This document shows, piece after piece, positions 19,580 through 28,261 of a DNA stretch of 57,068 nucleotides. The position numbers and the translations under genes are program-made. The stretch is from Chthoniobacteraceae bacterium (GTDB lineage Bacteria > Verrucomicrobiota > Verrucomicrobiia > Chthoniobacterales > Chthoniobacteraceae). The notes beneath the pieces were generated by a model. That model saw nothing but the letters and a program-made list of their open reading frames with translations. It had not been told where the DNA came from and searched no databases. The stretch is from NCBI GenBank assembly GCA_031409335.1, contig JANNWY010000229.1:1-57068 (forward strand), given 5' to 3'. Numbering within the stretch: the stretch's first letter is position 1; every line of letters begins with the position of its first letter.

Positions 19580-21565
19580 CGTCTCCCTGCGCGGCGGCAT
19601 GCAGAGCAACGCCTCGCCGAGCAGCGCGAGCGCCATGGCCATTAAGAACGTGCGCCAGACTTCGTTCGTGAGGCTGCGTCCATCTTCGAGGTTGTCCGTG
19701 AGAACGCGGAAATCGAGGCCGGCGAACAGGTCGTTCAGCGCGGGAGTGGAAAGTGCGGTGGGCAGATCTTCGCCGGGTGGGCGGTTCAGTGCGGTGATTT
19801 TTTCGCCCGCGGCGACGACGCCAGCGCGCAGCGGAAGACTCGCCGAAATCACCGCGTCCGCTTTTTCCTCCACGCGCTTCCACGCCGACGGATCGGCACC
19901 GAGAGCCGTCGCTGACGCCACGCGCTGCTGCGCCTTCCCGAGCGTGCGCGCCCCTTCGTTCAGCGCGCGATGAAGCATCGCAAACATCACGACACCATCG
20001 CGCGCCAGACTGGATGCGCCCGATCCTGGCAGCGTTCCGAGAAAGTAGACGCTTCCATTTTGCTCCTGCGCGGAGCGCATCAGTAGCGGCGCACGTCCGC
20101 TGACGCGCGCGAGCGGCACGCCTTCGCCCGCGATGCCGCAGCGGCGCGAGACTTCCAGGGAACCCACCGGCAGCGCCGCGCCGTCCCGCGTGTTGGCGAG
20201 CAGATCGGCATCGTTGCGCCACCATTCCAGCGTGAGTGGTTTGTCGGTCGCGGCGGATTCCCAGCGGTCCCAGCGAAGGCCGAGAATCTCCGACACATCC
20301 GGCGTTTCCGGCGGGAGAAAGATAATCGTCCGCCCAGCGGCGGCGTGATTTTGCAACTGCCGCGCGAGCACGTCGTCCGCTTTTGGAATCGGCGCGTGCC
20401 ACACGATGAGCGCCGCGTCTTCCCAGGGAATCTCCGCCGCGCGACGCACGTTCAGCGTCGTGGCGAGGTATTTCCGCGCGGGATCGGCGGCGGCGGAAAG
20501 CGCGGCGTTCAGCGGGCCGGACTCCGCTTCATCATCGGAGACAATCACCGAGCGCATGGGCGGAGCTTCGTCGAAGACGAAATGGAAAACGTTGTTCGCG
20601 GGGCACGAGTCGGCGGGCAATTCCACGCGGCCCCAGCCGCGCTTCACGGTCTTGTCGATCGGGATCGCGTGTGCCTGCATCACGAGCTGATTTTCTTTCA
20701 CCGCGACTTTCAGCATCGTGGTCACGCCATTGATGACGAAGCGCAGCGGCACTTCCACTGGCGGCGGCGCGTCCCCGTTTCGCGCGACGCGCAGATCGAG
20801 CAGCAGCTCCGCCTTTTCACTCGTCTCGCGACGCACCACGCGCTCGACGCTCACCGCGAGATCATCCGGCGCGGCTTGCGGATAGCAGAGCAGATGAAAT
20901 CGCACGCCTTTCAAACTGCCGAACGCGCCGCGCAGCGTCTCCCAGCGCCCGCCCGCCGAATCCCAATCGCTCTGCTGAAGATCGCTCACGAGCCACACAT
21001 CGGTGCGCTCCGTTTTATTCGTGGTGATGAAATCGAGCGCGCCTTGCAGCAGCGCGGGGATGTCCGCCGCCGTTTCGGTCGCCTCGGTCTGCGGTAAATC
21101 GAGAAGCGCATCCGCTTTCGCGAGCGCCTGCGGCGTGCCGAGCGCGCTGTCGAGCAGCACGAGATGCGAGCGCGTGCCGACGGCATCCGTGATCGCCTTC
21201 GCGACATTGCGCAGACCCGCGATGCGTTTGCTCACGCCGGTCGCGGTGTTCTGCTGCTCCATGCTCGCGGAGCGATCGAGCAGGATCATCACCGTGTCCG
21301 GCGCGCCGCCCGTGAGCCCGAGCCAGCCGCCGGCGAGCGGTCTGGTGATGACAAAGAGTAACGCGGCGATCGCCAGCACGCGCAGCGCGAGGATGAGCAC
21401 TTGCTTCAACCGCGAGAGCCCCTTGTTCATCCGCTGCGCGGCCAGCAGGAACATCATCGCCGCCCACTTCACCTGCCGCCGACGGTAGAGATGGATGAGA
21501 TGAATGATGACCGGCAGCGCGGCGAGCGGCAGGGCGACGAGCAACGCTGGTGCGAGGAAGGTCAT
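19508..21565 (-). CDS. BatA-domain / vWA protein
   Basis: MTFLAPALL...LPVIIHLI...WAAMMFL BatA N-terminus; LDRSASM MIDAS-like motif; repeat-derived tail NSSSSSYSYSSS. Confidence 0.88.
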   Translation of the reverse strand: MTFLAPALLVALPLAALPVIIHLIHLYRRRQVKWAAMMFLLAAQRMNKGLSRLKQVLILALRVLAIAALLFVITRPLAGGWLGLTGGAPDTVMILLDRSASMEQQNTATGVSKRIAGLRNVAKAITDAVGTRSHLVLLDSALGTPQALAKADALLDLPQTEATETAADIPALLQGALDFITTNKTERTDVWLVSDLQQSDWDSAGGRWETLRGAFGSLKGVRFHLLCYPQAAPDDLAVSVERVVRRETSEKAELLLDLRVARNGDAPPPVEVPLRFVINGVTTMLKVAVKENQLVMQAHAIPIDKTVKRGWGRVELPADSCPANNVFHFVFDEAPPMRSVIVSDDEAESGPLNAALSAAADPARKYLATTLNVRRAAEIPWEDAALIVWHAPIPKADDVLARQLQNHAAAGRTIIFLPPETPDVSEILGLRWDRWESAATDKPLTLEWWRNDADLLANTRDGAALPVGSLEVSRRCGIAGEGVPLARVSGRAPLLMRSAQEQNGSVYFLGTLPGSGASSLARDGVVMFAMLHRALNEGARTLGKAQQRVASATALGADPSAWKRVEEKADAVISASLPLRAGVVAAGEKITALNRPPGEDLPTALSTPALNDLFAGLDFRVLTDNLEDGRSLTNEVWRTFLMAMALALLGEALLCMPPRRETNSSSSSYSYSSSKEAVPAEVQRL

Positions 21566-21594
21566 GCGTGGCAGATGCCTCCACGACGGGACGG

Positions 21595-21788
21595 TGAGGG
21601 CCAACGGCCCGGCAACAAACCAGCCCAGGGCAACGCCCTGGGTTTACGATCGAAATGGGATGAAGCCCTGAAGGGGCGCGACAAAATCCCCGCCGCGATT
21701 TGCACCGCCCCTACAGGGCTGTGATCGTGTGCCGTGGGAACCCAGGGCGTTGCCCTGGGCTGGTTTGGGGCCGCACCTTTGGTGCTCA
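21595..21788. mobile_element. Non-autonomous REP-doublet / MITE-like palindromic element
   Basis: Perfect 29-bp IR (21616-21644 / 21739-21767), inner IR (21664-21678 / 21706-21720) and outer mini-palindromes. Confidence 0.8.
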
Positions 21789-21851
21789 ATGCGCTGGTGC
21801 GACGGGTGAAGGTCGAACTCGTCGCGGCGTAAGCTGGCGTTTCGTCGCTCA

Positions 21852-22760
21852 TCATCGCGCGCCGCGTTTCGGAGTGCGGCCGAGCAGGAAGCGGATGAGC
21901 GCGTCGTCGTAGCGCTCGTGCATTTTCACGCGGTGATAATCCACGCCCGTGGTGCGCACGAGTTCGTCCATTTCGGTGAGGTAAAGGCGCACGGCTTCGC
22001 GGTAATTCCGCGCGATCAGCGAGGGATCGGCGAGCACGGCTTCGCCACCTTCCATGTCGATGAAGCGCGCGGGCCGGTCGAAGTCGAAATCGAGTTCCTT
22101 TTGGTCGAGCAGATGAAACGCGGCGACATCGTGTTTGCGAAAACGCAGATGCTGGATCGCGGTTTTCAACTCGGCAGGCGGCACGAAAAAGTCCGAGAGA
22201 ATCACGACCAGCGCGCGCTGCCGGATTTTTTCCGCGGCATCGTGCAGCGCCGTGAGCAGCGTGGTGCCGCCGACGGGCTGGATGCCCGCCATTTGATCGA
22301 GCACCAGCCCGACATGCGAAGCCCCGCGCTTGGGCGGAATCTCCACCGGCTTTTGCGCCAGACTCCACACGCCCGCCGCGTCGCCCTGCTGCGCGGCGAG
22401 ATACGCGAGCGTGCCGCCGAGCTTGCGCGCGTAGTCGAGCCGCGTCGCGCCATTCGGGCCAAAACCCATCGACCCGCTGGCGTCGATCAACAGACAGAGC
22501 CGGAGGTTGGTGTCGGCCTCAAATTCCTTGATGTAAAACCGGTCGCTGCGTCCCCACGTCCGCCAGTCCAGCCGCCGCGTGTCATCGCCGGGGACGTATT
22601 TTCGATACTGCGCGAATTCCAGCGACGACCCGCGCACTGGACTGCGATGTTTCCCCGAAACGCTGCCGAGCATCGCGTGGCGCGCGTGCAGTGGGAGCGC
22701 CATCAGACGGCCAAGCACGGCTGGTTCGAGAAAGCTGCGATTGTTTGAAGAAGCGGCCAC
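21852..22760 (-). CDS. DUF58 family protein
   Basis: GKHRSPVRGSSLEFAQYRKYVPGDDTRRLDW, IDASGSM; GTG start at 22760 inferred. Confidence 0.92.
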   Translation of the reverse strand: MAASSNNRSFLEPAVLGRLMALPLHARHAMLGSVSGKHRSPVRGSSLEFAQYRKYVPGDDTRRLDWRTWGRSDRFYIKEFEADTNLRLCLLIDASGSMGFGPNGATRLDYARKLGGTLAYLAAQQGDAAGVWSLAQKPVEIPPKRGASHVGLVLDQMAGIQPVGGTTLLTALHDAAEKIRQRALVVILSDFFVPPAELKTAIQHLRFRKHDVAAFHLLDQKELDFDFDRPARFIDMEGGEAVLADPSLIARNYREAVRLYLTEMDELVRTTGVDYHRVKMHERYDDALIRFLLGRTPKRGAR

Positions 22761-22764
22761 GGCA

Positions 22765-23205
22765 CTAATTCGTCCTCGTCCTCCTACTCCTACTCGTCCT
22801 CGAAAGTTCCCCCGTCGCATCGGCCTCAACCTTCTCCTCAAACCGCTCGACCAACCGCGAAAGAACCGAAACCACGCGAATCAACAGCGCCTTTCCCTCC
22901 GCGACACGTCCGCTTTCCACAGCACACTTTGCAACCAGCGCATCCAGACACGCCGCGCATTCCGTCGCAGAACCGCGCGCATCATCGAAGAACCGCACGC
23001 GTTGTTGTGAGGCGCGCCGGCCATTTCCCTCCGCGATGTTTAGAAGGACGGAAAGGCTGGCCCGGTCGAGTTGGTCGAGCGTTTCCGCGACGCGCCTTGG
23101 CTTCGCGACGTGCAGCTCATCAAACAAATTCGCCAGCCATGTGATGAACCGGAGTTGCAGTTGGTAAACGTCGAGTTTTTCGTGATCGAATTGCTGCGCG
23201 GGCAT
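22765..23205 (-). CDS. Four-helix-bundle protein (23S rRNA intervening-sequence protein family)
   Basis: FDHEKLDVYQ, DQLDRASLSVLLNIAEGNGR, FFDDARGSATECAACLD. Confidence 0.92.
   Translation of the reverse strand: MPAQQFDHEKLDVYQLQLRFITWLANLFDELHVAKPRRVAETLDQLDRASLSVLLNIAEGNGRRASQQRVRFFDDARGSATECAACLDALVAKCAVESGRVAEGKALLIRVVSVLSRLVERFEEKVEADATGELSRTSRSRRTRTN
22767..22804. repeat. Hexamer-array arm at the 3' end of the four-helix gene
   Basis: 38-bp exact reverse complement of 19542-19579. Confidence 0.9.
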
Positions 23206-23209
23206 GGGA

Positions 23210-23255
23210 TCGAGGACGAGTAGGAGTAGGAGGACGAGGACGAGGACGAGGACGA
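23210..23255. repeat. Hexamer-array arm just upstream of the four-helix gene
   Basis: tc GAGGAC GAGTAG GAGTAG (GAGGAC)x4 ga; inverted relative to 22767-22804. Confidence 0.9.
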
Positions 23256-23263
23256 TCTTCCGC

Positions 23264-24283
23264 TCACGCCGCCTTGCTTAGTTCCTCCACCAGCCGCTTC
23301 GCGACATCGCGGCTCGTCACACCATCGCTTTCGGCGGTGAAGGTCGTCATCACACGATGCCGCAAGACTGGATCGGCCACGGCGACGACATCCTCCATGC
23401 GCACCATGTAACTGCCATTCAGCGCCGCCCGCGCTTTCGCGCCGAGGATGAGATATTGCACCGCGCGCGGACCGGCTCCCCAGCTCACCAGGGGCTTCAG
23501 CCACGCGGGCGATTCGCTGCTGCCGGGGCGCGTGCGGCGGGCGAGATCGACGGCGAATTCGTAGAGATGATCCGGCACCGGCACGCGGCGGACGAGGTCT
23601 TGAAACGCGAGCACTTTTGGGCCGTCGAGCACATGTTCGAGCTGCGGCAGCGCCATCCCCGTCGTGCTGCGCGCGATCGCGATTTCCTCGGTTCGCGATG
23701 GGTAATCCACGCCGATCATAAACATAAAACGATCGAGCTGCGCCTCGGGCAGCGGATACGTGCCTTCCTGCTCGATCGGATTTTGCGTCGCCAGCACGAA
23801 GAACGGCGAGTCGAGCGTGTAGGTGCGGCCCGCGACGGTCACGCGATGTTCCTGCATGGCTTCCAGCATCGCGGCCTGCGTCTTGGCGGGCGCGCGGTTG
23901 ATTTCGTCGGCGAGCACGATGTTCGCGAAGACCGGCCCTTTCGCGAATTCGAACGCGCGTTTTCCGCCCGGCAGTTCCTGCAAAATGTCCGTGCCCGTGA
24001 TGTCCATCGGCATGAGATCGGGCGTGAATTGAATGCGGCTGAAACTCAGCGACATCGTCTCCGCGAGCCGGCTGATGAGCAGCGTTTTCGCCAGCCCCGG
24101 CACGCCCATGAGCAGCGCATGGCCGCGCGCGAAAAGGCAGATCGCCAGTTGTTCGATCACGTTTTGCTGGCCGACGATGATCTTCCCCAACTCCGCGCTG
24201 AGCCGCCCATAAACCAGGCGCAGTTCGTCGATCGCGGCGACGTCATCTTTCGGGAGGGGAGCGGACTGCGCGGGATTTTCCAT
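23264..24283 (-). CDS. moxR: MoxR-family AAA+ ATPase
   Basis: GVPGLAKT Walker A, RIQFTPDLMPMD, LADEINR, ATQNPIEQEGTYPLPEAQLDRF. Confidence 0.95.
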   Translation of the reverse strand: MENPAQSAPLPKDDVAAIDELRLVYGRLSAELGKIIVGQQNVIEQLAICLFARGHALLMGVPGLAKTLLISRLAETMSLSFSRIQFTPDLMPMDITGTDILQELPGGKRAFEFAKGPVFANIVLADEINRAPAKTQAAMLEAMQEHRVTVAGRTYTLDSPFFVLATQNPIEQEGTYPLPEAQLDRFMFMIGVDYPSRTEEIAIARSTTGMALPQLEHVLDGPKVLAFQDLVRRVPVPDHLYEFAVDLARRTRPGSSESPAWLKPLVSWGAGPRAVQYLILGAKARAALNGSYMVRMEDVVAVADPVLRHRVMTTFTAESDGVTSRDVAKRLVEELSKAA

Positions 24284-24375
24284 GGGCGTGATTTAGGGAT
24301 TGGCGTCATTAGTGGCAAGATTCGCGAATCCGTTCAGAAGGCGGCGAAATTATCCTCAAAGCGTAGATCGAAGTC

Positions 24376-24470
24376 ACCGCGAAAAACACGGATGACGCGG
24401 ATGTTTGGAGCGTGCTTCGGAAAAATTTCCCCTCCTCCGTGTAATCCGCGTATTCCGCATAATCCGCGGC
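24376..24470. repeat. Inverted pair of approximately 9-bp (ACGCGGATN-like) tandem arrays
   Basis: accgcgaaaaacacggatgacgcggat (24376-24402) versus tccgtgtaatccgcgtattccgcataatccgcggc (24436-24470). Confidence 0.65.
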
Positions 24471-24561
24471 AATTCTTCACGATCAGTTTCAGGCCCATTC
24501 CGCCGTGCCGCTCGCGAATCTTCTGGCGCGGTGCGGGCGCTCACCTATTCGTCGGGGCGCG

Positions 24562-27387
24562 ATGAAATCCCTCACGCCATCTCTTTTGCTCGTGATTTTC
24601 GCCCCGCTGCTCCACGCTGCCGACCGTGTGCCGTGGACGACTTCCCGCCTCCGCGGATCGCCCGAGCCGCCGCTGCCATATCGCGTCGAGCGCGCGTTTC
24701 CAAAGATCACTTTCGACAATCCGCTCGATGCCGCGACGATCCCCGGCACCGATCGTTTCGTCGTCGCGCAACAGCGCGGGCGGCTGGTTTCCGTGCCGAA
24801 TGACGAGGCGTGTGAAAAGGCGGACGACTTCGCCGACTTGAAGCAATTCCATCCCGACGCGGTGGAATGTTACGCCTTCACTTTTCACCCGCGCTTTACC
24901 GAAAACCGTTTTGCATTCATCTGGATGAACCTCGACGGACGCGGAAAAAAGAACCGCGAGGACGGCACCCACATCGTCCGCTTTCGCGTCACCGAGGGAA
25001 ATCCGCCGCGCCTCGATCTCGCGAGCGGCACCACGATTTTCACCACGATGAGCGGCGGCCACAACGGCGGCGGCTTGCGCTTTGGCCCGGATGGAATGCT
25101 CTACATCGCCGCGGGCGACGCCGCCGATCCCGATCCGCCCGATCCGCGCGCGAGCGGGCAAAATATCGGCGACGTGCTGGCGAGCATCCAGCGCATCGAC
25201 GTGGATCGCCCCGATGCAGGCCGCGCGTACGGCATTCCGAAGGACAACCCATTCGTCGCCACGCCCGGCGCGCGCGGCGAGGTGTGGGCGTACGGATTTC
25301 GCAATCCGTGGCGGATGACTTTCGACAGGAAATCCGGTGCGCTGTGGGTCGGCGATGTCGGGTGGGAACTTTGGGAAATGATCTACCGCGTTGAGCGCGG
25401 CGGGAACTACGGATGGAGCATCACCGAAGGTGGGAAGCAGGACGTGCGGCCCGATCGCGCGCGCGGGCCGACGCCGATTTTGCCGCCGGTCATCGCGCAT
25501 TCGCACAAGGAGGCCGCGAGCATCACGGGCGGCGAAGTGTATTACGGAAAAAAGCTGCCGGAACTCGATGGCACCTACATTTACGGCGACTGGCAGCTCG
25601 GCACTTTCTGGTCGCTGCGCGATGGAAAAAGCACGGAACTCTGCCGCAGCACGCTGCTGCCCGTCGGCTTCGGCGTGGCGCACGATGGCGAACTTTTCAT
25701 CTGCGATCAGATCGGCGGCGGGCTGTGGCGGCTGGCGCGAAACCCTGATGCCGGCAAGTTTTCGCGGTTCCCGCGACGACTGAGCGAGAGCGGACTTTTT
25801 GCGGATTTGAAAATGCAAACGCCGTCGGCTGGCGTCGTGCCTTACAAAATCCACGCGGAGCGCTGGGCGGATCATGCGACCTCGGAGCGATGGCTCGCGC
25901 TGCCCGGCGAGGAGAACATCACGATCGCAAAAAAGGAACTCGGCGTGATGGGTCCGGGGCGCTGGGTTTTCCCGGCGGACGGCGTGCTCGCGAAAACGTA
26001 TTCGCTCGAAATGGAGCGCGGAAATCCCGCGACCGCGCGCCGCATCGAAACGCAAATCATGCACTACGACGGCATCCAGTGGGCCGCTTACAGCTACCGC
26101 TGGAACGATGCGCAGACCGACGCGGAACTGGTGCCCGCGGATGGTGCCGACGTTACCTTTGATGTGAAAGACTCCGCCGCACCCGGCGGCGCACTCCGCC
26201 AGCCGTGGCGCTATTTTTCGCGCGCCGAATGTCTGCGCTGCCACAACCTGTGGACAAATTTCGCGCCCGGTTTTTCCCCCGCGCAACTCGACCGCAAAGC
26301 CATCGCCGAAGCGGGCGATCCGCTTGCTTTGCTGACTCGCCTCAAACTGCCGCCCGAGCAGCCGACTCTCGCAAATCCGCACGGCGCGACTGGCAGCATT
26401 GAGTTGCGCGCGCGTTCGTACCTTCATGCGAATTGCGCGACCTGCCATCGCTACGGCGGCGGCGGTTCGGTGCCGACGATGCTGAACATCGAAACCAAAC
26501 TCGCCGACGCGCGGCTCATCGGTGTGAAGCCCGTGCAAGGCGATCTCGGCCTTCCCGACGCGCGCATCGTTGCATCCGGCGATCCATTTCGCAGTGTGCT
26601 GCTTTACCGCATGGCCACCGCAGGCCGCGGCCACATGCCGTATCTCGGCGGCAGACTCATCGACGATCGCGGCCTGCTGGTCGTGCGCGATTGGATCGCC
26701 GGGATGAAACGCGACGGCAACTCCACCGCCGATTCTTCACCGCTCGCCGATGCTTTCGCTGTCATCGACGGCACGCTCAAAGGTGACGCGCGCGATCAAG
26801 CCATCGCCAAAGGAGCGGCGCTCACCGATCCGATGCAGCGCGATCTCTTCGAGCGTTTCCTCCCCGAATCGCAGCGCCGCAAAGTGCTCGGCCCCGACCT
26901 CCGCGCCGATGCACTGCTCGCGCTCACCGGCGATGCCGCGCGCGGAAAAACGCTCTTCTCCGCGATCTGCGGTGCGTGCCATCGCGCGGGCGATGCCGGC
27001 ATCGACTTCGGCCCCGACCTTTCGCACATCGGCGCAAAATACGAGCGCGCCGCGCTGCTCGAACAAATCCTCCAGCCCGCAAAAATCATCGAGCCGCAAT
27101 GGCATCTCGCAACCGTGACCATGAAGCATGGCGATCCGCTCACCGGCTTCATCGCCGCGCGAACCGCCGCCGAGATCACGCTGAAAATGGCCGACGGCGA
27201 ATCGCGAAAAATTTCCGCCAACGAAATCAAGGAGGCGACGACCGCCGCAATTTCCATGATGCCCGAGGGCCTGCTGCAAAGCCTCACCGCGCAGGAAGCC
27301 GCCGACCTGCTCGCATTCGTTTCATCGCTCAAACGATCAGATTCCAACCGTCCACCAATGAACGCCGAAGGCTCTGGACTGCGGTGA
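24562..27387 (+). CDS. PQQ-dependent (GSDH-like) beta-propeller dehydrogenase fused to three c-type heme domains
   Basis: HNGGGLRFGPDGMLY, YGFRNPWR, GGNYGW; CLRCH, CATCH, CGACH; SMMPEGLL. Confidence 0.88.
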   Translation: MKSLTPSLLLVIFAPLLHAADRVPWTTSRLRGSPEPPLPYRVERAFPKITFDNPLDAATIPGTDRFVVAQQRGRLVSVPNDEACEKADDFADLKQFHPDAVECYAFTFHPRFTENRFAFIWMNLDGRGKKNREDGTHIVRFRVTEGNPPRLDLASGTTIFTTMSGGHNGGGLRFGPDGMLYIAAGDAADPDPPDPRASGQNIGDVLASIQRIDVDRPDAGRAYGIPKDNPFVATPGARGEVWAYGFRNPWRMTFDRKSGALWVGDVGWELWEMIYRVERGGNYGWSITEGGKQDVRPDRARGPTPILPPVIAHSHKEAASITGGEVYYGKKLPELDGTYIYGDWQLGTFWSLRDGKSTELCRSTLLPVGFGVAHDGELFICDQIGGGLWRLARNPDAGKFSRFPRRLSESGLFADLKMQTPSAGVVPYKIHAERWADHATSERWLALPGEENITIAKKELGVMGPGRWVFPADGVLAKTYSLEMERGNPATARRIETQIMHYDGIQWAAYSYRWNDAQTDAELVPADGADVTFDVKDSAAPGGALRQPWRYFSRAECLRCHNLWTNFAPGFSPAQLDRKAIAEAGDPLALLTRLKLPPEQPTLANPHGATGSIELRARSYLHANCATCHRYGGGGSVPTMLNIETKLADARLIGVKPVQGDLGLPDARIVASGDPFRSVLLYRMATAGRGHMPYLGGRLIDDRGLLVVRDWIAGMKRDGNSTADSSPLADAFAVIDGTLKGDARDQAIAKGAALTDPMQRDLFERFLPESQRRKVLGPDLRADALLALTGDAARGKTLFSAICGACHRAGDAGIDFGPDLSHIGAKYERAALLEQILQPAKIIEPQWHLATVTMKHGDPLTGFIAARTAAEITLKMADGESRKISANEIKEATTAAISMMPEGLLQSLTAQEAADLLAFVSSLKRSDSNRPPMNAEGSGLR

Positions 27388-27482
27388 TTCCTTCACCGCT
27401 TTGACGAAGTTCCGCGCCATCGCAGAAACCGCGCCTGTTTCAAAAAGCGGTGAAGGAATCACCGCAGTCCAGGGCCTTCGGC
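27364..27482. repeat. REP doublet (REPIN-like hairpin)
   Basis: 39-bp IR arms (27364-27402 / 27444-27482, one mismatch), each with internal palindrome gcggtga-N5-tcaccgc. Confidence 0.85.
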
Positions 27483-27628
27483 TTTTATTTTTCCAGCTCG
27501 CTCGACCTCGCCGACTTCTACCAAACGCAGATCAACGTCGGCGGCCTGCCCGTGCTCGGCTCCGCGAAGGCGGCGAAGTTCGAGTGGCGTCGTGAGGCCG
27601 AATCCGCCATACCGAGTCAAGCTCCGCC

Positions 27629-28261
27629 ATGAAAACTCCGCTTCTGTTCGCCGCCACGTTTCTGTTTTCACTCGCCGCCGCACGCTGCGCGCCGGTTCCC
27701 CTGTTTGATGGAAAAACGCTCGACGGCTGGGAAGGCGAGACGACGAAAGTCTGGCGCGTGCGCGACGGCGCGATCGTCGGCGGCTCGCTCGAGGGAAATC
27801 CGCGGAACGAGTTTCTCGCGCTGAAAAAGAGCCACCGAAACTTCGTGCTGCGGCTCGAATACAAGCTCACCGGCACGGAGGGCTTCGTGAATGGCGGCGT
27901 GCAAATCCGCAGCAAGCGCATCGCGAATCCGCCGAATGAAATGAGCGGCTACCAGGCGGACATTGGCGCGGGCTACTCCGGCTGCCTCTACGATGAATCG
28001 CGGCGCAACAAAGTGCTCGTGCAAGCGGACAAGGCGCTGATCGCGAAGGCGGAAAAACCCGGCGAGTGGAACCTCTACGAAATCCGCTGCGAAGGCCCGC
28101 GCATCACGCTCACCGTGAATGGCACGCAGACCGCGGACTTCACCGAATCCGAGCCAGGCATCGCGATGGACGGCTTCATCGCGTTGCAAATCCACGGCAA
28201 TTGCAAAGCCGAGATCGCCTTCCGCGCCATCACGATCGAGGAACTGCCGGACGCGAAGTGA
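27629..28261 (+). CDS. DUF1080 (3-keto-disaccharide hydrolase-like) protein
   Basis: Signal peptide, LFDGKTLDGW, NGGVQIRS, GYQADI, GEWN, GFIALQIH. Confidence 0.9.
   Translation: MKTPLLFAATFLFSLAAARCAPVPLFDGKTLDGWEGETTKVWRVRDGAIVGGSLEGNPRNEFLALKKSHRNFVLRLEYKLTGTEGFVNGGVQIRSKRIANPPNEMSGYQADIGAGYSGCLYDESRRNKVLVQADKALIAKAEKPGEWNLYEIRCEGPRITLTVNGTQTADFTESEPGIAMDGFIALQIHGNCKAEIAFRAITIEELPDAK

Noticed and set aside
22765..23205. Diversity-generating retroelement (Avd-like four-helix protein)
   Set aside because: No reverse transcriptase and no template/variable repeat pair were seen in the window.
19455..23255. CRISPR array interpretation of the repeats
   Set aside because: The repeats are inverted hexamer arrays without regular spacers, and there are no cas genes.
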